Shown here: positions 1 through 13,455 of the stretch, one piece after another | How the letters are laid out: each line of letters begins with the position of its first letter | Position numbering within the stretch: position 1 is the stretch's first letter | Assembly: GCA_051294375.1 (NCBI GenBank) | Contig: CM119269.1 | Coordinates: 19,505,936-19,569,935, forward strand | Direction of reading: 5' to 3' | DNA: 64,000 nt | DNA from: Paraspadella gotoi | Taxonomy: Eukaryota > Animalia > Chaetognatha | The notes under the pieces: generated by a model | The model's database searches: none | The model's input: the letters and a program-made list of their open reading frames with translations, nothing else | Told to the model about the DNA's origin: nothing | Made by a program: the position numbers and the translations under genes

Positions 1-2432
1 CCTTTCGCCTCCCATCATTTTCTCAATTACTCGATATAATCCTTAGTTGAGTCAAACTTCGTCCAATGGAGTCATTGGTTTGAAAAATTGAAAGAGAGGA
101 ATTCTCATTCTATTGGTCAGGCAAAAAATAAAAGAGAGAGAGAAGAGAGAGAGAGAGAAAGCAGAGAGAGAAGAGGAGAGAGAGAGGAGGAGAGGAGAGA
201 AAGGAGAGAAAGAGAGAGAGAGAGAGAGAGAGGAGGAGAGACGAGATGAGAAGAGAGAGAGTCATCAAAAAAGAGAAGAGAAAGAGGAGGAATCCTCAAT
301 TAAAAGAAATATTGATGCATGTCATTCGAAGAGAGGACGGAAAGATGGAGAAGCGGCACGAGAGAAGTTCATGAGAGAACAAAAAGAAAAAAATCATTTT
401 AAGAAGCATAAAAAAATGAAAAAAAAACGAGAAAAACGGAGCCATGAAATGATTTCGATAATTCAAAACTAACTAGTCACAGGTAGTAGTTGTACTACGA
501 CCTATCATTGAAAAGAATTTACAAATGGGATAAAAGAGATGTAAAAGGAAATTTTAGGAAGCTTCGACCTAAAACCCGCCATCTCTGTATTAATTACGTA
601 GAAGTAGATATTACAGCAGCGAACGAGTTTTCAAAATGTCAAATCAGAATCAGTTTCGTTTTTTCTCTTTTTTTTTATTCTTTTTCTTTAGCTCTTTTAT
701 TTTTCTTCAGCCTCCTAGTGTTTTGTTGATTTTACTAAACTCCGTTTAGGAAAGATAAAGAACCAATTTTCTTTCAATTCACTCGTATAACTTATCTTCT
801 ATCATCTACTCTACTCTCTCTCTCTCTTCTCTTCCTCTCTCTCCTTCTCGTCTCTCTCTCTCTCATCTCTCTCTCTCTCTCTCTTCTTTCCCTCTCATAC
901 TCTCTTTCCTGTATCTACCGACCGACGTCTTCTAATCGTATTCATGTTCGAGCAAAATCCCGCTATCAATCTCCAGCTCCATGCTGAGGTTCTCTTTTCT
1001 CCTCCTTCTCTTTTCTTCTCTTCTCTCTCCTTCTCCTCTCTTCCTTCTCTTCTTTTTTCTACCTCTCTCTCGTCTCTCTCTCTTCTTCCTCCTCTTCCTC
1101 TCTATCTCTTTTCTTTTTTTTTCTTCACTCTTTCTCTCTGTCTCTCTCTCTCTCTTCCTATCCTTCTCTCCCTCTCTTTAGCTTTCTTTTTCCTTTTTCC
1201 TTTTTTATTTCTCCTTTAAAAATTAATCAATCAATCAATTTGTATTCTTTTTTTCTTCTTTTATTATTTTGTTCTTTCCTTTTTTCTATTTTTTTTATTC
1301 CTTCAGTTTCCTTTTTTCTTTTCTATCTCTTTCCTGCTTTCGATCTCTTATTGAGCACCAGTGCAGCTATGATGCAGCAAACTCCTACTGCTTTTGTTGC
1401 AGCATGCAGGCGCTGGGATGAGCCGCGAGTAAATTGGTTAAGAGAAAGAAAGATATAAAGAAAATAGAAACAAGAAAAAAAAGAAGAAAAAAGATAAAAT
1501 GTGATGTGAATTTTTTGTTGTATTTAACAATGTAATATAAATGGTTTAAACTTGAACCAAAGCAAATAATTTCGCTGGATAAAATGTAAAAAAAGAACGA
1601 ATTTTATCGAGTTCTTATCTCTCTCTCTCTCTCCTCTCTCCTCTCTCTTCTCTTCTCTCTCATCCTTCTGTATTTGCCCATTCGACTCCAATTACCACGT
1701 CAGCTGGAGATTTTAATTCTGTTTCTATTTTTAGCTTCCCATCAGTTTCCGTCCATCCCCTTCACGTCATTTTCCTCCGCCTTCTCTCCTTTCCTCCCCA
1801 ACCTCCATTGGTCATTCGTTCCATTCCATCTTTCTCACTTCCTTCCTAACTCTCTCCTACTCTTCCTCACCACTCTCCTTTTGTTCATCTTTCTCACTTC
1901 TAACCCTTTAGACTTACATTAATGTATATTGTATAATGTATAATCCCCCTTTTCACTTTCTTCTCTTTTTATATATTTAATCTCTTCTCATTCATCCACC
2001 CTAACCTGGTCATGACTGGCAAGTTTCATTACATCGCTCCTTCCTCCTTTCCTTGCTCCCCTCAGTCCACACTCTCTCTTTCTCTTCACTTCTTTTCTTC
2101 GTCTTGATCTGCTCCATCTATTTTCCAACTGGCTGCGCACCTCACCCCTGACTCCCCACTCCTACTCGCTCTCTTTTTCCTCTTCACCCCCTGACGCGTT
2201 TTATTTATTTCTCTTAACCGGTTTATTAGAGGGAGAATCGCCGCTTTTAGAACAACGGGAAGAGCTCGGTTTAGAGCACTTTCTTTTTTTCTTCCTTTAT
2301 TTAAAATTGTTTTCTTTTTTTTTTTTTTTAGTTTTGAGTTTCCAGCCTACTACGTATCTTGTTAGCTTCTCTTCTTTGTTTTTTCTAACATTGTATTTTT
2401 TCTTAATAAATACTGCTGATGAGGAAACTTAC

Positions 2433-2620
2433 CTTGAAATGCCCAACGGGGCATTCCTTGCAAGCCTGGTTGTGGGGTTCGAACCCGGACTGGCACTCGC
2501 AACCTCCCCTCAAAACGTTCCAGTCTCCGTTGCTCTGGCACAAGTAAGTTGGTGACTCTTCCTCCTGAGAATTTGGGACGCAGACTCCCGGAGTCTGCAC
2601 GATGGAGGTGAGGTCGGGGC
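2433..2620 (-). CDS. Eph: Eph receptor exon, cysteine-rich sushi/EGF region
   Basis: Acceptor TTTCAG|, phase 1. Reads (G)PDLTSIVQTPGVCVPNSQEEESPTYLCQSNGDWNVLRGGCECQSGFEPHNQACKECPVGHFK. Donor AAG|GTAAGT. The FN3, TM, kinase and SAM exons must lie beyond position 1. Confidence 0.96.
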
Positions 2621-3413
2621 CTGAAAGAGGGTAAGGGATAGATAGGATGGATGGTGAGGTCGGGTTAGTTAAGAAAACACGTGAGTGAGTGTATTTCAAC
2701 ATAGGATCGCTGAAATGAATCGGTTCCTTTACTTTCGTCTGCATTTTGCGGCGTTGATTGAAAAAATGACTCCTTCATTAACTACATATCGCGAAGTTAA
2801 TGGAATCAGTTAAATAGTTTTTCTGAGAGGATTTTCCCGTTAAAAAATTCATGGCATCGTTGAAAAAGAAATCGAAATAGATGAAGAAATTAATATTTAC
2901 ATAATAAAAAAACGTCATTGTTCAAGATATAAAAAAATGATAAAATTTTTTTTTTTCCAAACGCGAGGGAGCAAATTTGAAGTTGATCCATTTAGTTAAA
3001 GACGATACTGAAGAAGAGGAAAAAAGGATGTTGAGGAAAGGAGAGAAAGGGGAAAAGGAATAAGGAAACAAATTGGGATTGAGTTAAGAATGAATGGGAA
3101 TGAAATGACTTCGACTTGATTAGAAAAAACAACGTGAGAAGATCGCGTTTGGTCAACGAGCATCGACATCGTCCTCTTCGTCGTCATTATCGTCGTCATC
3201 GTCGTTGACATCGTTTTTCAATTTATCAACGCGATATCGAAGTCGTTAACGTCGACGTCGCGTCATTTTCGTCGTCGTCGTTGTCGTCGTTATCTTTGCG
3301 CCGCCATCGTTATCGTTCGTTCTTTCATTCTCGATAGATTAGCGAACGTCGATGGTCAGATTCGATCCCGGGGCCTCCAGGGTTCAGCCGGAAATCTTCA
3401 TAATTTTAGCCGG

Positions 3414-3448
<35 letters not shown>

Positions 3449-4399
3449 TCAAGACTTTTTTTTCAATATCATCCTTGGGTCTTCCGGTTTGGCCTTTCGG
3501 GGTCACGTGATCTCCATCGTCGCCTGAGACGTCGTCTTCTACTGGGTCACGTGATCGGCTCGTGTCGATGCTCAGCTTTCACAGTCTATGGCCACCGGAT
3601 TTATGACGGAGTATTTTCCCCGTTTTCCTTCCCACTCTTTTTTCTTTTATTTTCCTTCTATTTTTTTACTGCTTCCTGATTGGCCTTATTTCACTCTTTT
3701 TATATAATTTTGTTCTATTTATTATCTTTTTTTCTGTTGCATTTAGTTTAAATAATTATTTTTTTCAACTCGATCATTTGAATATACATTTTCTTTAAGT
3801 TACTATATTTTTCCTTTCCTTTTTATATTTTTACATTTTTAACCTCGCTCTTTTTCTCTCCAGATTTCTTCCCCGTCTGACCCAAACCCCTTATTTTTAA
3901 CTTTGACCCTTTCTCCCCTTCCTTCACTCTTCTCTCATTTCCTCTCTGTTTTCACGCAAGGGGTCACAAGAAAAAAGGTCAAAGATCGAAGAGCCATAAA
4001 AAAAAAGCCAAAAAAAAAGCAGAATGTCCGAAATATTAATAAAAAGAATACAACAACAAAAGCTAAAGGAAATCGTTTTTCTCCCACACAGAAAAAAAAA
4101 GAGCAACTGTACTATTAAAAGGTCAAAGTTCAAACTCTGGTGGCGCCGAAACGAATAAGTCGGCCCAAAAAGATAAATGTCCCACCGAAGGAAAAAAAAG
4201 AGCATCGACGAGAAAGAAATGGAAAACAACTCAGTTTTTTTTCTCTCCTTTTTTTTGCTAGCGGTTTTGTTTGGGGCAGTAAGAAAAGTTGAAGGCTTCG
4301 GCGTTTGAGTCCAAGGGTTCAAGGCCTGTCTGACTTTACGGTTAAGGGGTTTTTACACACTGCGGTGGCGATGATCATCTGTCTGAGAGGTGAAGTGAT

Positions 4400-4693
4400 G
4401 TTGTAGTCGGGCATTGCCTAAGTTCACCCCGCCTATAAGCATGACTCTTTCAGTTGTGACCCGGTGGCTCATTGAGTAAAGCCATCAGCTCATGACCACT
4501 AGGTACCGGGTTCAATCCCAACCCGGTACCTACCCTGCGGGAAGAGTGAGGACGGCCGTAAGCCGCCTTGGGGGCGTGGCAAACCCTCAAGCCTGGTTCC
4601 AAGCCCAGGACCCGTTCCATGTCTGGGGTTATAGAAGTTACGGATAGTCATCTTCTGCCCACTTAGCGCCTTATCCACAATGTCCTGGGGTCT
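4400..4693 (+). mobile_element. tRNA-derived SINE-like element carrying twister copy 1
   Basis: A-box-like TGGCTCATTGAG at 4465, anticodon-loop-like CTCATGA, and B-box GGTTCAATCCC at 4509-4519 inside an 11-bp hairpin (GGTACCGGGTT/AACCCGGTACC). Twister and a GC-rich tail follow. A second copy lies at about 48.3-48.6 kb. Boundaries are approximate. Confidence 0.7.
4537..4615 (+). ncRNA. Twister ribozyme, type P5 (copy 1)
   Basis: GCGGG(P5') AA GAGU(P2') GAGGA CGGCCG(P1) U^AA GCC(P2, one nt short) GCC UUGGGGG..CCCUCAA(P3) G CCUGG UUCCAAGC CCAGG(P4/L4) A CCCGU(P5). T1 is L4 UCC pairing with GGA. Confidence 0.75.
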
Positions 4694-6744
4694 TAGACGT
4701 CAGTCGGATTCCTAAGCCAAAGTCGCATGATATTCTCGGCAACAACAACAACGCCGACAACGCTGACGTCAAAATTCATGAGTTTTTTGTGGTGCCAAAC
4801 GAATAACAACAACAACGACAACAAACATGGATTCTCGAAACGAAAGTCGTAAAAATAACAAACCGACGGACGCAAAAACAAACTCGCTAAATCCGTAAAT
4901 ATGAAGGAATCGGTAAGAAGAAGCTCGCTAAAACCGTCCCTCGTAAATATAGAGAAACAGACGCTTTTAAAAATCAGAGACCAAAAATCGTAAACAGAAA
5001 AACAAAACCGACTCGTCCTTCAAGGAAGACCTCAGTGTTTTTTTAAGGCTGCCCTAAGGTATATAAATGACGTGGAAGTAGCATAAAATATGTAAATAAC
5101 GTTATGAACCTAACCATAAATGGGAACTCAATGTTTCCAGACGGAAATTACGTCCCGATCTTACTCAGAGCACGCTAAGATTTCAATACATATATTTCAT
5201 CATTTCGAGTCTTTCTTATAAATTTTGAAGGCAAAATCCGCAAAGATCTCTTTTAAATTTGGGCGGGATTTTCTTTCTGGATTTTAAAGAAATCCCCTTC
5301 GCCGCTTAGAAGTCAGGGCGTGACAAAGTTGCCTCAAGTTTTGAATTAAGGGGATCTGTTACGTATCTGAAAAAGAAATTTCCGAGTTTTTACAATACGC
5401 CATAACTTTTTTTAAATCGTATTATAAGACATGAATTTGCATATAAATCATAAATCTTCCCAATATCTTAAGCATCGCAGCAGGGAATCTCTTAGAAACG
5501 CATCTTGTTCATCAGTGATTCAATTCTCGTCGCTCCTTCACTTTGAACAAAAGTTTTATTTGAAAGAAAAGAAAAAGAAGGCGAAGAATAGAGAAGAAGA
5601 CAAAGATTATGGCTAACGGTTTATAGTGAGGTAAGAAGTGGGGAGAAAGTAAAAGAAGCGAAGTCGTTAAAAAGGAAGCGTAAGAGATGGAGGGGGGTCA
5701 CGTCACAAAGGAAGGTACTAATTATTAAATAAATAATACTAACGTGATGAAAGATGAAAGTTTATGAGGATCGCGTAAGACTAAAGTATGACGAAAAGGA
5801 AAGAATAAAAATAAAAGGGAACCGAAAAAAAAGGGAAAAAAAGGGGGAAAGTAAGGAAGATGGAAGAAGAAAAGGAAGCTTCATGATAAATTCATCGACA
5901 AATCGAGCGGAAGTCGGAATTCTAACTTTTCGCCCTCTCCCGCTGATAGGGGAAAGGGAAAGGTGGGGTTGGGTGACGTGGATGGTAGTCGGGGGTAGTC
6001 GGAGGTAGTAGGGGTGAAGCTTTCCGTGATCACAAATTCACGGAACTCCATCCCTCCTCGGGCGCGAAATAAGGAGAGAAAAAAAAAAGAGAATGAAAAA
6101 AAAAACAAGGCATGAATAAAAAGATGGGAAAGGGAAAAGAGAAGGAAAACGTTTCTGCCATTGTTTAGCTTTTTTGTCTGCAAATAATTAGTTAATTTCT
6201 GCGAGGAAGAATAAAAAGAAGCTGAGATGAAGATTCGACGGAAAACGAGAAAATATCTTCCCCGGCTTCTCGATCCAACTTCTCTCGAGGCTGCGGTCAA
6301 AGCGGGAGGGTGTCCAACACCGACCCATTGGGTCCTCGAATTTCAAGTCTAATACAAAGTTTTTTTTATAATAAGTAAGATGATGATGAGTATAAATATT
6401 AGCGATATAAAATCAGTTGATAAATTGATAAGAGCGGGTCGCCTTTTTTATTGCTTGACGTGTGAATACCGCAGCGAATAGGCCAGAGAAGAGAAACTGG
6501 ATCAAATGTTTGGGTCAGTTTTAAACGATCAAATAGATACCTTGGTTTTTCTGTTTATTTGGAAAAGTATACACAGTTTATGGAAGAAGATTTAAAATAT
6601 TTCCAAATTTCGTGGCGAAGCGTCACTCACGGGTTCATCACCCGGATGCTTCGTCTTTTCATTCACAGCAACGATGTCTCGAGGGAATTGAAAGGAAGAA
6701 GCGGCAAAGATTAAGAGGAGGATTTTATATTGGAGATGAGACGA

Positions 6745-8335
6745 GGGGGAGTTGATATTAGGAATGACGGGAAAGGATGATCAGCGGAGGGGAGTTGGAT
6801 TATTAGGAATGATGGGAAAGGATGATAGGAGGGGGAGTGATATTAGGAAATGAGGGAAAGGATGATCGGAGGGGAGTTGATATTAGGACATGCATAGGGA
6901 AGAGGATGATCGATCAAGGGAAGATTGATATAAGGAATGAGGGGAAAGGATGATCGGAGGGGAGTGTTTGGATATTAGGAATGGATGAAGGAAAGGGATG
7001 AATAAGGAGAGGGAGTTGATATTAGGAATGAGGGGAAAGGATGATCGGAGGGGGAGTTTTGATATATAGGAATGACGGGAAAGGATGATCGGAGGAGGAG
7101 TTGTATTAGGAATGAATAGGGAAAGGGATGATGCGGCATGGGGGTTGATATTAGGAATGACGGGAAAGGATGATCGGAGGGAAAAGTTGATATAGGAATG
7201 ATGGAAAGGATGATCGGAGGGGAAGTTGCATTTAGGAATGACGGGAAAGGATGATCCGGAAGGGAAGTTGGATAATAGGAAATGAGGGGAAAGAATGATC
7301 GGAGAGGGAGTTGATATTAGGAATTGAGGGGAAGGATGATAGGAGATGGGAGTTGATTATGAGGGAAATGACGGGGAAAAAGGAATGATCGGAGGGGGAG
7401 TTGATATTAAGGAATGACGGGAAAGGATGATCGGAGGAGGAGTTGATATTAGGAATGAGGAGGAAAGGATGATCGGAGGGGGTTGATTTTAGGAATGACG
7501 GGAAAGGATGATTCGGAGGAGTTGATATAAGGAGAGGAAAGGAATGATCGAGGGGAAGTTCGATATATAGGAATGACGGGAAAGGATGATCGGAAGGGAA
7601 GTTGATATAAGGAATGATTGGAAATGGATGATCGGAGGGGAAGTTGATATTAGGAATGGACGGAAAGGATGATCGGAGGGAAGTTGATATAAAGGAATGA
7701 GGGGAAAAAGGATGTGATGGCGAGGGGGGAGTTGATATTAGGCAATTGACGGGAAAGGATGATGGAGGGTGGATTAATATAGGAATGACGGGAAAGGATG
7801 ATCGGAGGGGGAGTTGATATTAGGATGACACGGGAAAGGAATGATCGGGATGGGGAGTTGAATTTTAGGGAATTCAGGATAACGGTGATCGGAGGGATGG
7901 ATGCGTATGGATGACGGGAAGGATTGAATGATTTAGGAATGAACTGGGAAGGTAATGATACCGAAGAGTGGCGAACAGTTTGATATTAGGAGATGGAACA
8001 GCGAGATACGAGAGTTGATTGCGAATGCAGGAGGATGCTGGAAAGGAATTGATTATTCGGAATGACTGTAGAAGGATATGATTCGCAGGAGGGGAAAAAG
8101 TTGATGTATTAGGAAATGACAAGGAAAGGATGATCGCGCAGGGGAAAAGTGTTTAGGAATTACGGCAGATGACGGGGGAAAAGTGTTGGAATAATGATCA
8201 CGAAGGCATGTCGGAGGGGCTTGATTGATTAGGAATGACGGGATAAACGGATGATAGGAGGGAGTGAAATTAGAATGAGCGCAACAGGATGAATACGTAG
8301 CGGGAAATAGGATGATCGCGGCAGGGAGGAGTTGG
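6745..8335. repeat. Purine-rich minisatellite, about 40-bp unit
   Basis: Roughly 40 noisy copies of GGAGGGGAGTTGATATTAGGAATGACGGGAAAGGATGATC, with random indels increasing towards the right end. Confidence 0.9.
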
Positions 8336-8745
8336 TATAGCAATTTATAATACCTCATATGAAGAGTATATTTTAGTGATAAAGGAAAACTTCTAGTGAT
8401 AAAAACAGAAAAAAGTTCAATCAGACGATGAATGAAAATAAAAAGGTCTTTTTAGAAAAGAAAAACAGTAAAAGAAAATAATAAATGATAAAGAAAGATT
8501 CTCGAAGAGACGAGAACAAAATTATAGGATCCAAAGTAGGATTAGATTTGCCGAGGAAGAATTAGATTAGCGCGAAGAAGCATAAGATTAGACGCGGAAG
8601 GATGAGATTAGCCGAGGAAGCGCGAGAAGGGCCGCGGGACGAGGGTGGAGCCGATAATTTCCAAGAGGAAGACGGGACAAGGAGGAGGAGTCAGAGTGCT
8701 GAAGGATTTATTAAATTTTCAGGCGCCCTCGTGCCTTCCTCATAT

Positions 8746-8776
<31 letters not shown>

Positions 8777-9289
8777 AGTCAACCGCAAATCACAAATTCA
8801 TCTCATTCCTCTGAAATTCGATCTCACGCTGTCCAGCGTCGTCGTCTTCATCGTCGTCGTCGTCGTCGTGAGTGCTCCTTGGCGTCAAATCGTAGACGGC
8901 ATCTTCGTCGTTGTAAAGGCTCCGATTGTTAACAATGTAACGTCGCATTTCTCATTGCTTCACGGTATCGACGTCCTTCATCGTCGTTATCGTCATGGTC
9001 GTAAATTACATCCGGATGCAACGTCGTCATTCAGTGCGTCGTCGTCGGCGCGTCTTCGTCGTCGTCTTCTGCGTCGTCTCGTCGTCGTCGTCCTCGTGCG
9101 TCGTCCGTACGTCGTCTTCGTCGTGCGTCGTCTCGATCGTCGTCGTCCGTGCTTCGTCGTCGTCTTCGTCGCGTCGTCTCGTCGTCGTCGTCAGTCGTCG
9201 TTGTTCGTCGTCTTCGTCGGTCGTTTTCCGTCGTCGTTTTTGCGTCCGTCGATCTTCGTCCGTCGTCCTTCGTCGTCGCCGTCCGGTCG

Positions 9290-9421
9290 TCGTCCTCTCA
9301 ACGGTCCCGCCGTCGAAATCGATATTCAAGTTAAATCCATCGGAGTCCAAATTAAAATTTCACTTTGATTCTCGGATTTTAGAGAAAATATTCGTTTCCT
9401 CTTTTATTGCGTGATCTGTGG

Positions 9422-9454
<33 letters not shown>

Positions 9455-9692
9455 GCATCTCTCACTCTAGTGGGAGTCTCAGCGGAAGTGAGCGAAGTGG
9501 CGGTGATGTTTGCGCCCCCGCAGCTCGACGTAAATACGATTTTGGACCCGGAGGAAGGAACACTGGCAGAGAACCCGGAGTCCGATGAACGGCAGAAGTA
9601 GACTCCCTGAAGAAAGAAAAAATTGGTAACATGATAATCTATTAGAGCAATTTTATCTTACCGTGGTTTGACAATGTTATGCTTGTTTCCTT
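9290..9692 (-). other. Noisy duplicate of 9718-10070 including a broken copy of the Eph exon at 9877-9997
   Basis: The same sequence occurs on both sides of the 25-N gap at 9693-9717. The left copy is full of insertions. Confidence 0.85.
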
Positions 9693-9837
9693 NNNNNNNN
9701 NNNNNNNNNNNNNNNNNGTCGTCGTCCTCTCAACGTCCCGCGTCGAATCGATATTCAATTAACCATCGTCCAAATTAAAATTTCAACTTTGATCTCGATT
9801 TTAGAGAAATTATTCGTTTCCTCTTTTTGCGTGACTT

Positions 9838-9876
<39 letters not shown>

Positions 9877-9878
<2 letters not shown>

Positions 9879-9997
9879 GTGGGAGTCTCAGCGAAGTGAG
9901 CGAAGTTGGCGGTGATGTTTGCGCAGGCGACGTAATAGATTTTGACCGCGAGGAGGGACATGCAAGACCCGGAGTCCATGAAGGAGAAGTAGACTCC
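9877..9997 (-). CDS. Eph: Eph receptor exon, end of ligand-binding domain and start of sushi domain
   Basis: Acceptor TTTTTCAG|. Reads GVYFSFMDSGSCMSLLAVKIYYVACANITANFAHFAETPT(G), matching Eph G-Y-AF-D-G-C-L-V-Y--C...FPET-G. Donor G|GTGAG, phase 1. Confidence 0.96.
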
Positions 9998-10779
9998 CTG
10001 AAAAAGAAAAATTGGTACATGATAAATTATTAGAAATTTTATTTACGTGGTTGACAAATGTTATGCTTGTCCTTCCTTTCTCTCTCTCTCTCTCTCTCTC
10101 TTTTTACGATATCTTTGTTTGGCTGTAGTTGAAATTTAGAGAGATATGAGATGCCCTTTTTAGTCGTATTTTTACTTTTAATCACAAACGTTTCTCCCGA
10201 ACTTCAGTTTTACGGGATTTTTTGGCTTCATTGTGAAAAATAGAAACTGTCTGAATTTCGCGTCTTTTAATTCATCAATTGCCTCGCTATTCGGCTAATT
10301 TTCTGAATCTCAGGCCGTTTAAGTCCCACGTTAAACTTCAAGGGATCGGCGACGTCTCGAATGTTTGAATGCGCGGGCGTGAACCAAGAAAATACTTCAC
10401 AGTGGTTGTCCCATTTTTTTCTTATTTATTTCTCTAGAAAAATATTACGTAAACTCTTGTATAATTCTAAGAAAAAAAAAGGGCGATTAATTGGCGCACA
10501 GAATTAGGGAAATTAAAGACCTATTCGTCTTGAATATCTACATTGAACAACATAATACGTGTTAATCCCGTTTGAAGCTCCGTACGAATTTATTTTTCGT
10601 TTCAGCTCGTGTTCAATATTCTTTCTGTGAGCTGTACGCATCAAAATCCGAGCAGCTTAGCACGTACTCTGCATCCCGGGTAAAAAGTAATCTCGAAAAG
10701 CAGCGAGCTTCATCCTTCAACGGATCTTGATAAGCAGAGGCGGAGCGTGGAGAAAAGAGACGTCTCAGCTGTTGGCTTC

Positions 10780-10810
<31 letters not shown>

Positions 10811-11894
10811 ATAATATCAAGCAAATGAATGTTACTCTAAATAACTAAACTGCCCACAGTAGGTTATAACTTTCATCTCACGTAAAGTAAACTCACTCTC
10901 TTCTACCTTCCTTTCCTCAATTATTCTCTTCNNNNNNNNNNNNNNNNNNNNNNNNNNNNNNNNNNNNNNNNNNNNNNNNNNNNNNNNNNNNNNNNNNNNN
11001 NNNNNNNNNNNNNNNNNNNNNNNNNNNNNNNNNNNNNNNNNNNNNNNNNNNNNNNNNNNNNNNNNNNNNNNNNNNNNNNNNNNNNNNNNNNNNNNNNNNN
11101 NNNNNNNNNNNNNNNNNNNNNNNNNNNNNNNNNNNNNNNNNNNNNNNNNNNNNNNNNNNNNNNNNNNNNNNNNNNNNAACGTGTGTCCTTGCTTTGAGCG
11201 CTATCGTACTTATCTGTACAGTACAATCTCAAAAAAACTATCTCAATTTTAGAAACAAGAGTATTAGATGTTTTCGTAGCATATTGGAAATATATTTATT
11301 TTTAAAATCAAATTCATTATCATCTTAATTTTCCAACAAACTTGTAAAAGTTTAATTCTTTTGAATATTTATCCCATCCAGATCCTCTTCCATCGCCATA
11401 GCCAATGAACGATTTCATTTAAAAAGGCTCCCGGTTGACAGACCAAAACAATTCGATATCCGAGTCTGACGCGGCTCTAAAAACTCTTTCGCCAATTATT
11501 ATTATGATTATGAATTCAAATCAAAAAGGCCTTGCGGTTTTTTTTTTCCAGATCCTCAAAAAAAAAAAAAATATGCGGCTCTATCTTCTTCGTTTTTCTC
11601 GTTGAATTAATTCTATGCATTTTTTGTATTCATAGGAAATTTATTCAGAACGATTCCGTATTCATCGCGCGCTTGCGCTCTCGTTCCCCCCATCGAGTTC
11701 ATTGAATGCTTGCCAGGGTACGCTCTCGCTTAATGGTTGACTAGGTACTTTGAGATGCATTCGTTGTTCGTTTCAGAGCGACATGCCTGACGTGTAACTA
11801 TTTTTCATGTCTAAAATATTTCGTTTTCCTTATAGTTTGAGCTTACAAGCATTGCTTGCCAATTCGACAATAAAAAAAATCAGGCTGCCAAATG

Positions 11895-11956
<62 letters not shown>

Positions 11957-13421
11957 AGCGAGAACTATTGACTAAAGCATTTAATAAATTTCCTCCCCAG
12001 GGTTCTGGTCCAGCGTTTAGATACCCTTTACCCGTTCTCTTAGGAAAAAAAGGGTTTTATTGTCCGTTAAAGAGCTTGATTGCCTCCACCAAGCAAAGGT
12101 TCTTGTTCGAGAAAAAAAGAAAAATAACAATGCAAACGTAGGAAGGACGAAATACCCTTTAATGTTATAATTATAAAAAACATTGATTTAATTGCTAAAA
12201 TGTCATTGAAAGCAAAATGAATTTTTTTTTATTTTCACAATTAAATCTTAAGACATAATCGCTTCAAGATTAGCGCTCTCTTCTTTCATTGTTCTTTACT
12301 ATTCCTTTAGCCTTCCTTTATATATTTTTTTTTTCTTCGTTCCTGAGATTCCTCGCTCCGTTAAGTACGTATACCAGTCGCAGTCAGTGTTCCTCGATTC
12401 CATTTGAGGCAAAGATTGAAAAATCAAAACACCAAGTTTTTTTTCAGTAAACGCAAAGTCAAAGAGCGATCAACCAATAAATCAATTGAGCAACCGACTA
12501 ATAAACTAACTATGAAACCAAAAATAAAATAACTCAACGAGCCATTCAAAAAAAAAANNNNNNNNNNNNNNNNNNNNNNNNNNNNNNNNNNNNNNNNNNN
12601 NNNNNNNNNNNNNNNNNNNNNNNNNNNNNNNNNNNNNNNNNNNNNNNNNNNNNNNNNNNNNNNNNNNNNNNNNNNNNNNNNNNNNNNNNNNNNNNNNNNN
12701 NNNNNNNNNNNNNNNNNNNNNNNNNNNNNNNNNNNNNNNNNNNNNNNNNNNNNNNNNNNNNNNNNNNNNNNNNNNNNNNNNNNNNNNNNNNNNNNNNNNN
12801 NNNNNNNNNNNNNNNNNNNNNNNNNNNNNNNNNNNNNNNNNNNNNNNNNNNNNNNNNNNNNNNNNNNNNNNNNNNNNNNNNNNNNNNNNNNNNNNNNNNN
12901 NGACCAATCAACCGACGTATCTCCTCTTACCAACCGACCGCCCAATCAACCAGCCTTTTCCTCCGAATCGTTCCCGCCCTCGATTGTTTTGATCCCCCGT
13001 CGCTTCGCTGTTCCACTTTCCCTAAGCACAAGTTGCCCTTCAACTTCTTTGCTTTCTCATCACTTCCTTCCCTTTCCTTCCCTTTCCTTCCTCCCTCTCC
13101 TTTTTTTTTCGGGGTCACTTGTTTCCTTTTTCTCCACCTCGCCCTTTTGCCTTTCTCTTTTTTTTTCCGCTCCCATTCGGTTCTCATCCCCATTCGATTC
13201 TTGGCTTTCTTCTTTCTTTGTTTTCTTTGTTTTCTTTCTTTTGCAAAGGTTACCTTTTTTTTTCTCCTTTATTCACTCTCCACACTAGTTTTCCGAATTT
13301 TCATTCTCTCTCCTTTTCTTCTTAACCCCTTCCTTTCCATGTCTCCTTCCTTATCACTTTTCTTTCCTTTTCCCTTCCAATAACCTTTTCCTTTCTTTTC
13401 TCTTAACCCCTTCCCTTTTTC

Positions 13422-13455
<34 letters not shown>

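Noticed and set aside
2415-2430. CTGATGA..GAAA, resembling a hammerhead ribozyme core
   Set aside because: There is no room for stem II and no flanking stems. It overlaps the intron donor region by chance.
4458-4530. Possible tRNA-Met gene (A box, CAT loop, B box)
   Set aside because: Acceptor, anticodon and T stems do not pair as a cloverleaf. It is better explained as a tRNA-derived SINE head.
9466-9606. Tandem duplicate of the Eph exon at 9877-9997
   Set aside because: Insertion-riddled copy abutting a 25-N gap, consistent with a gap-fill artefact.
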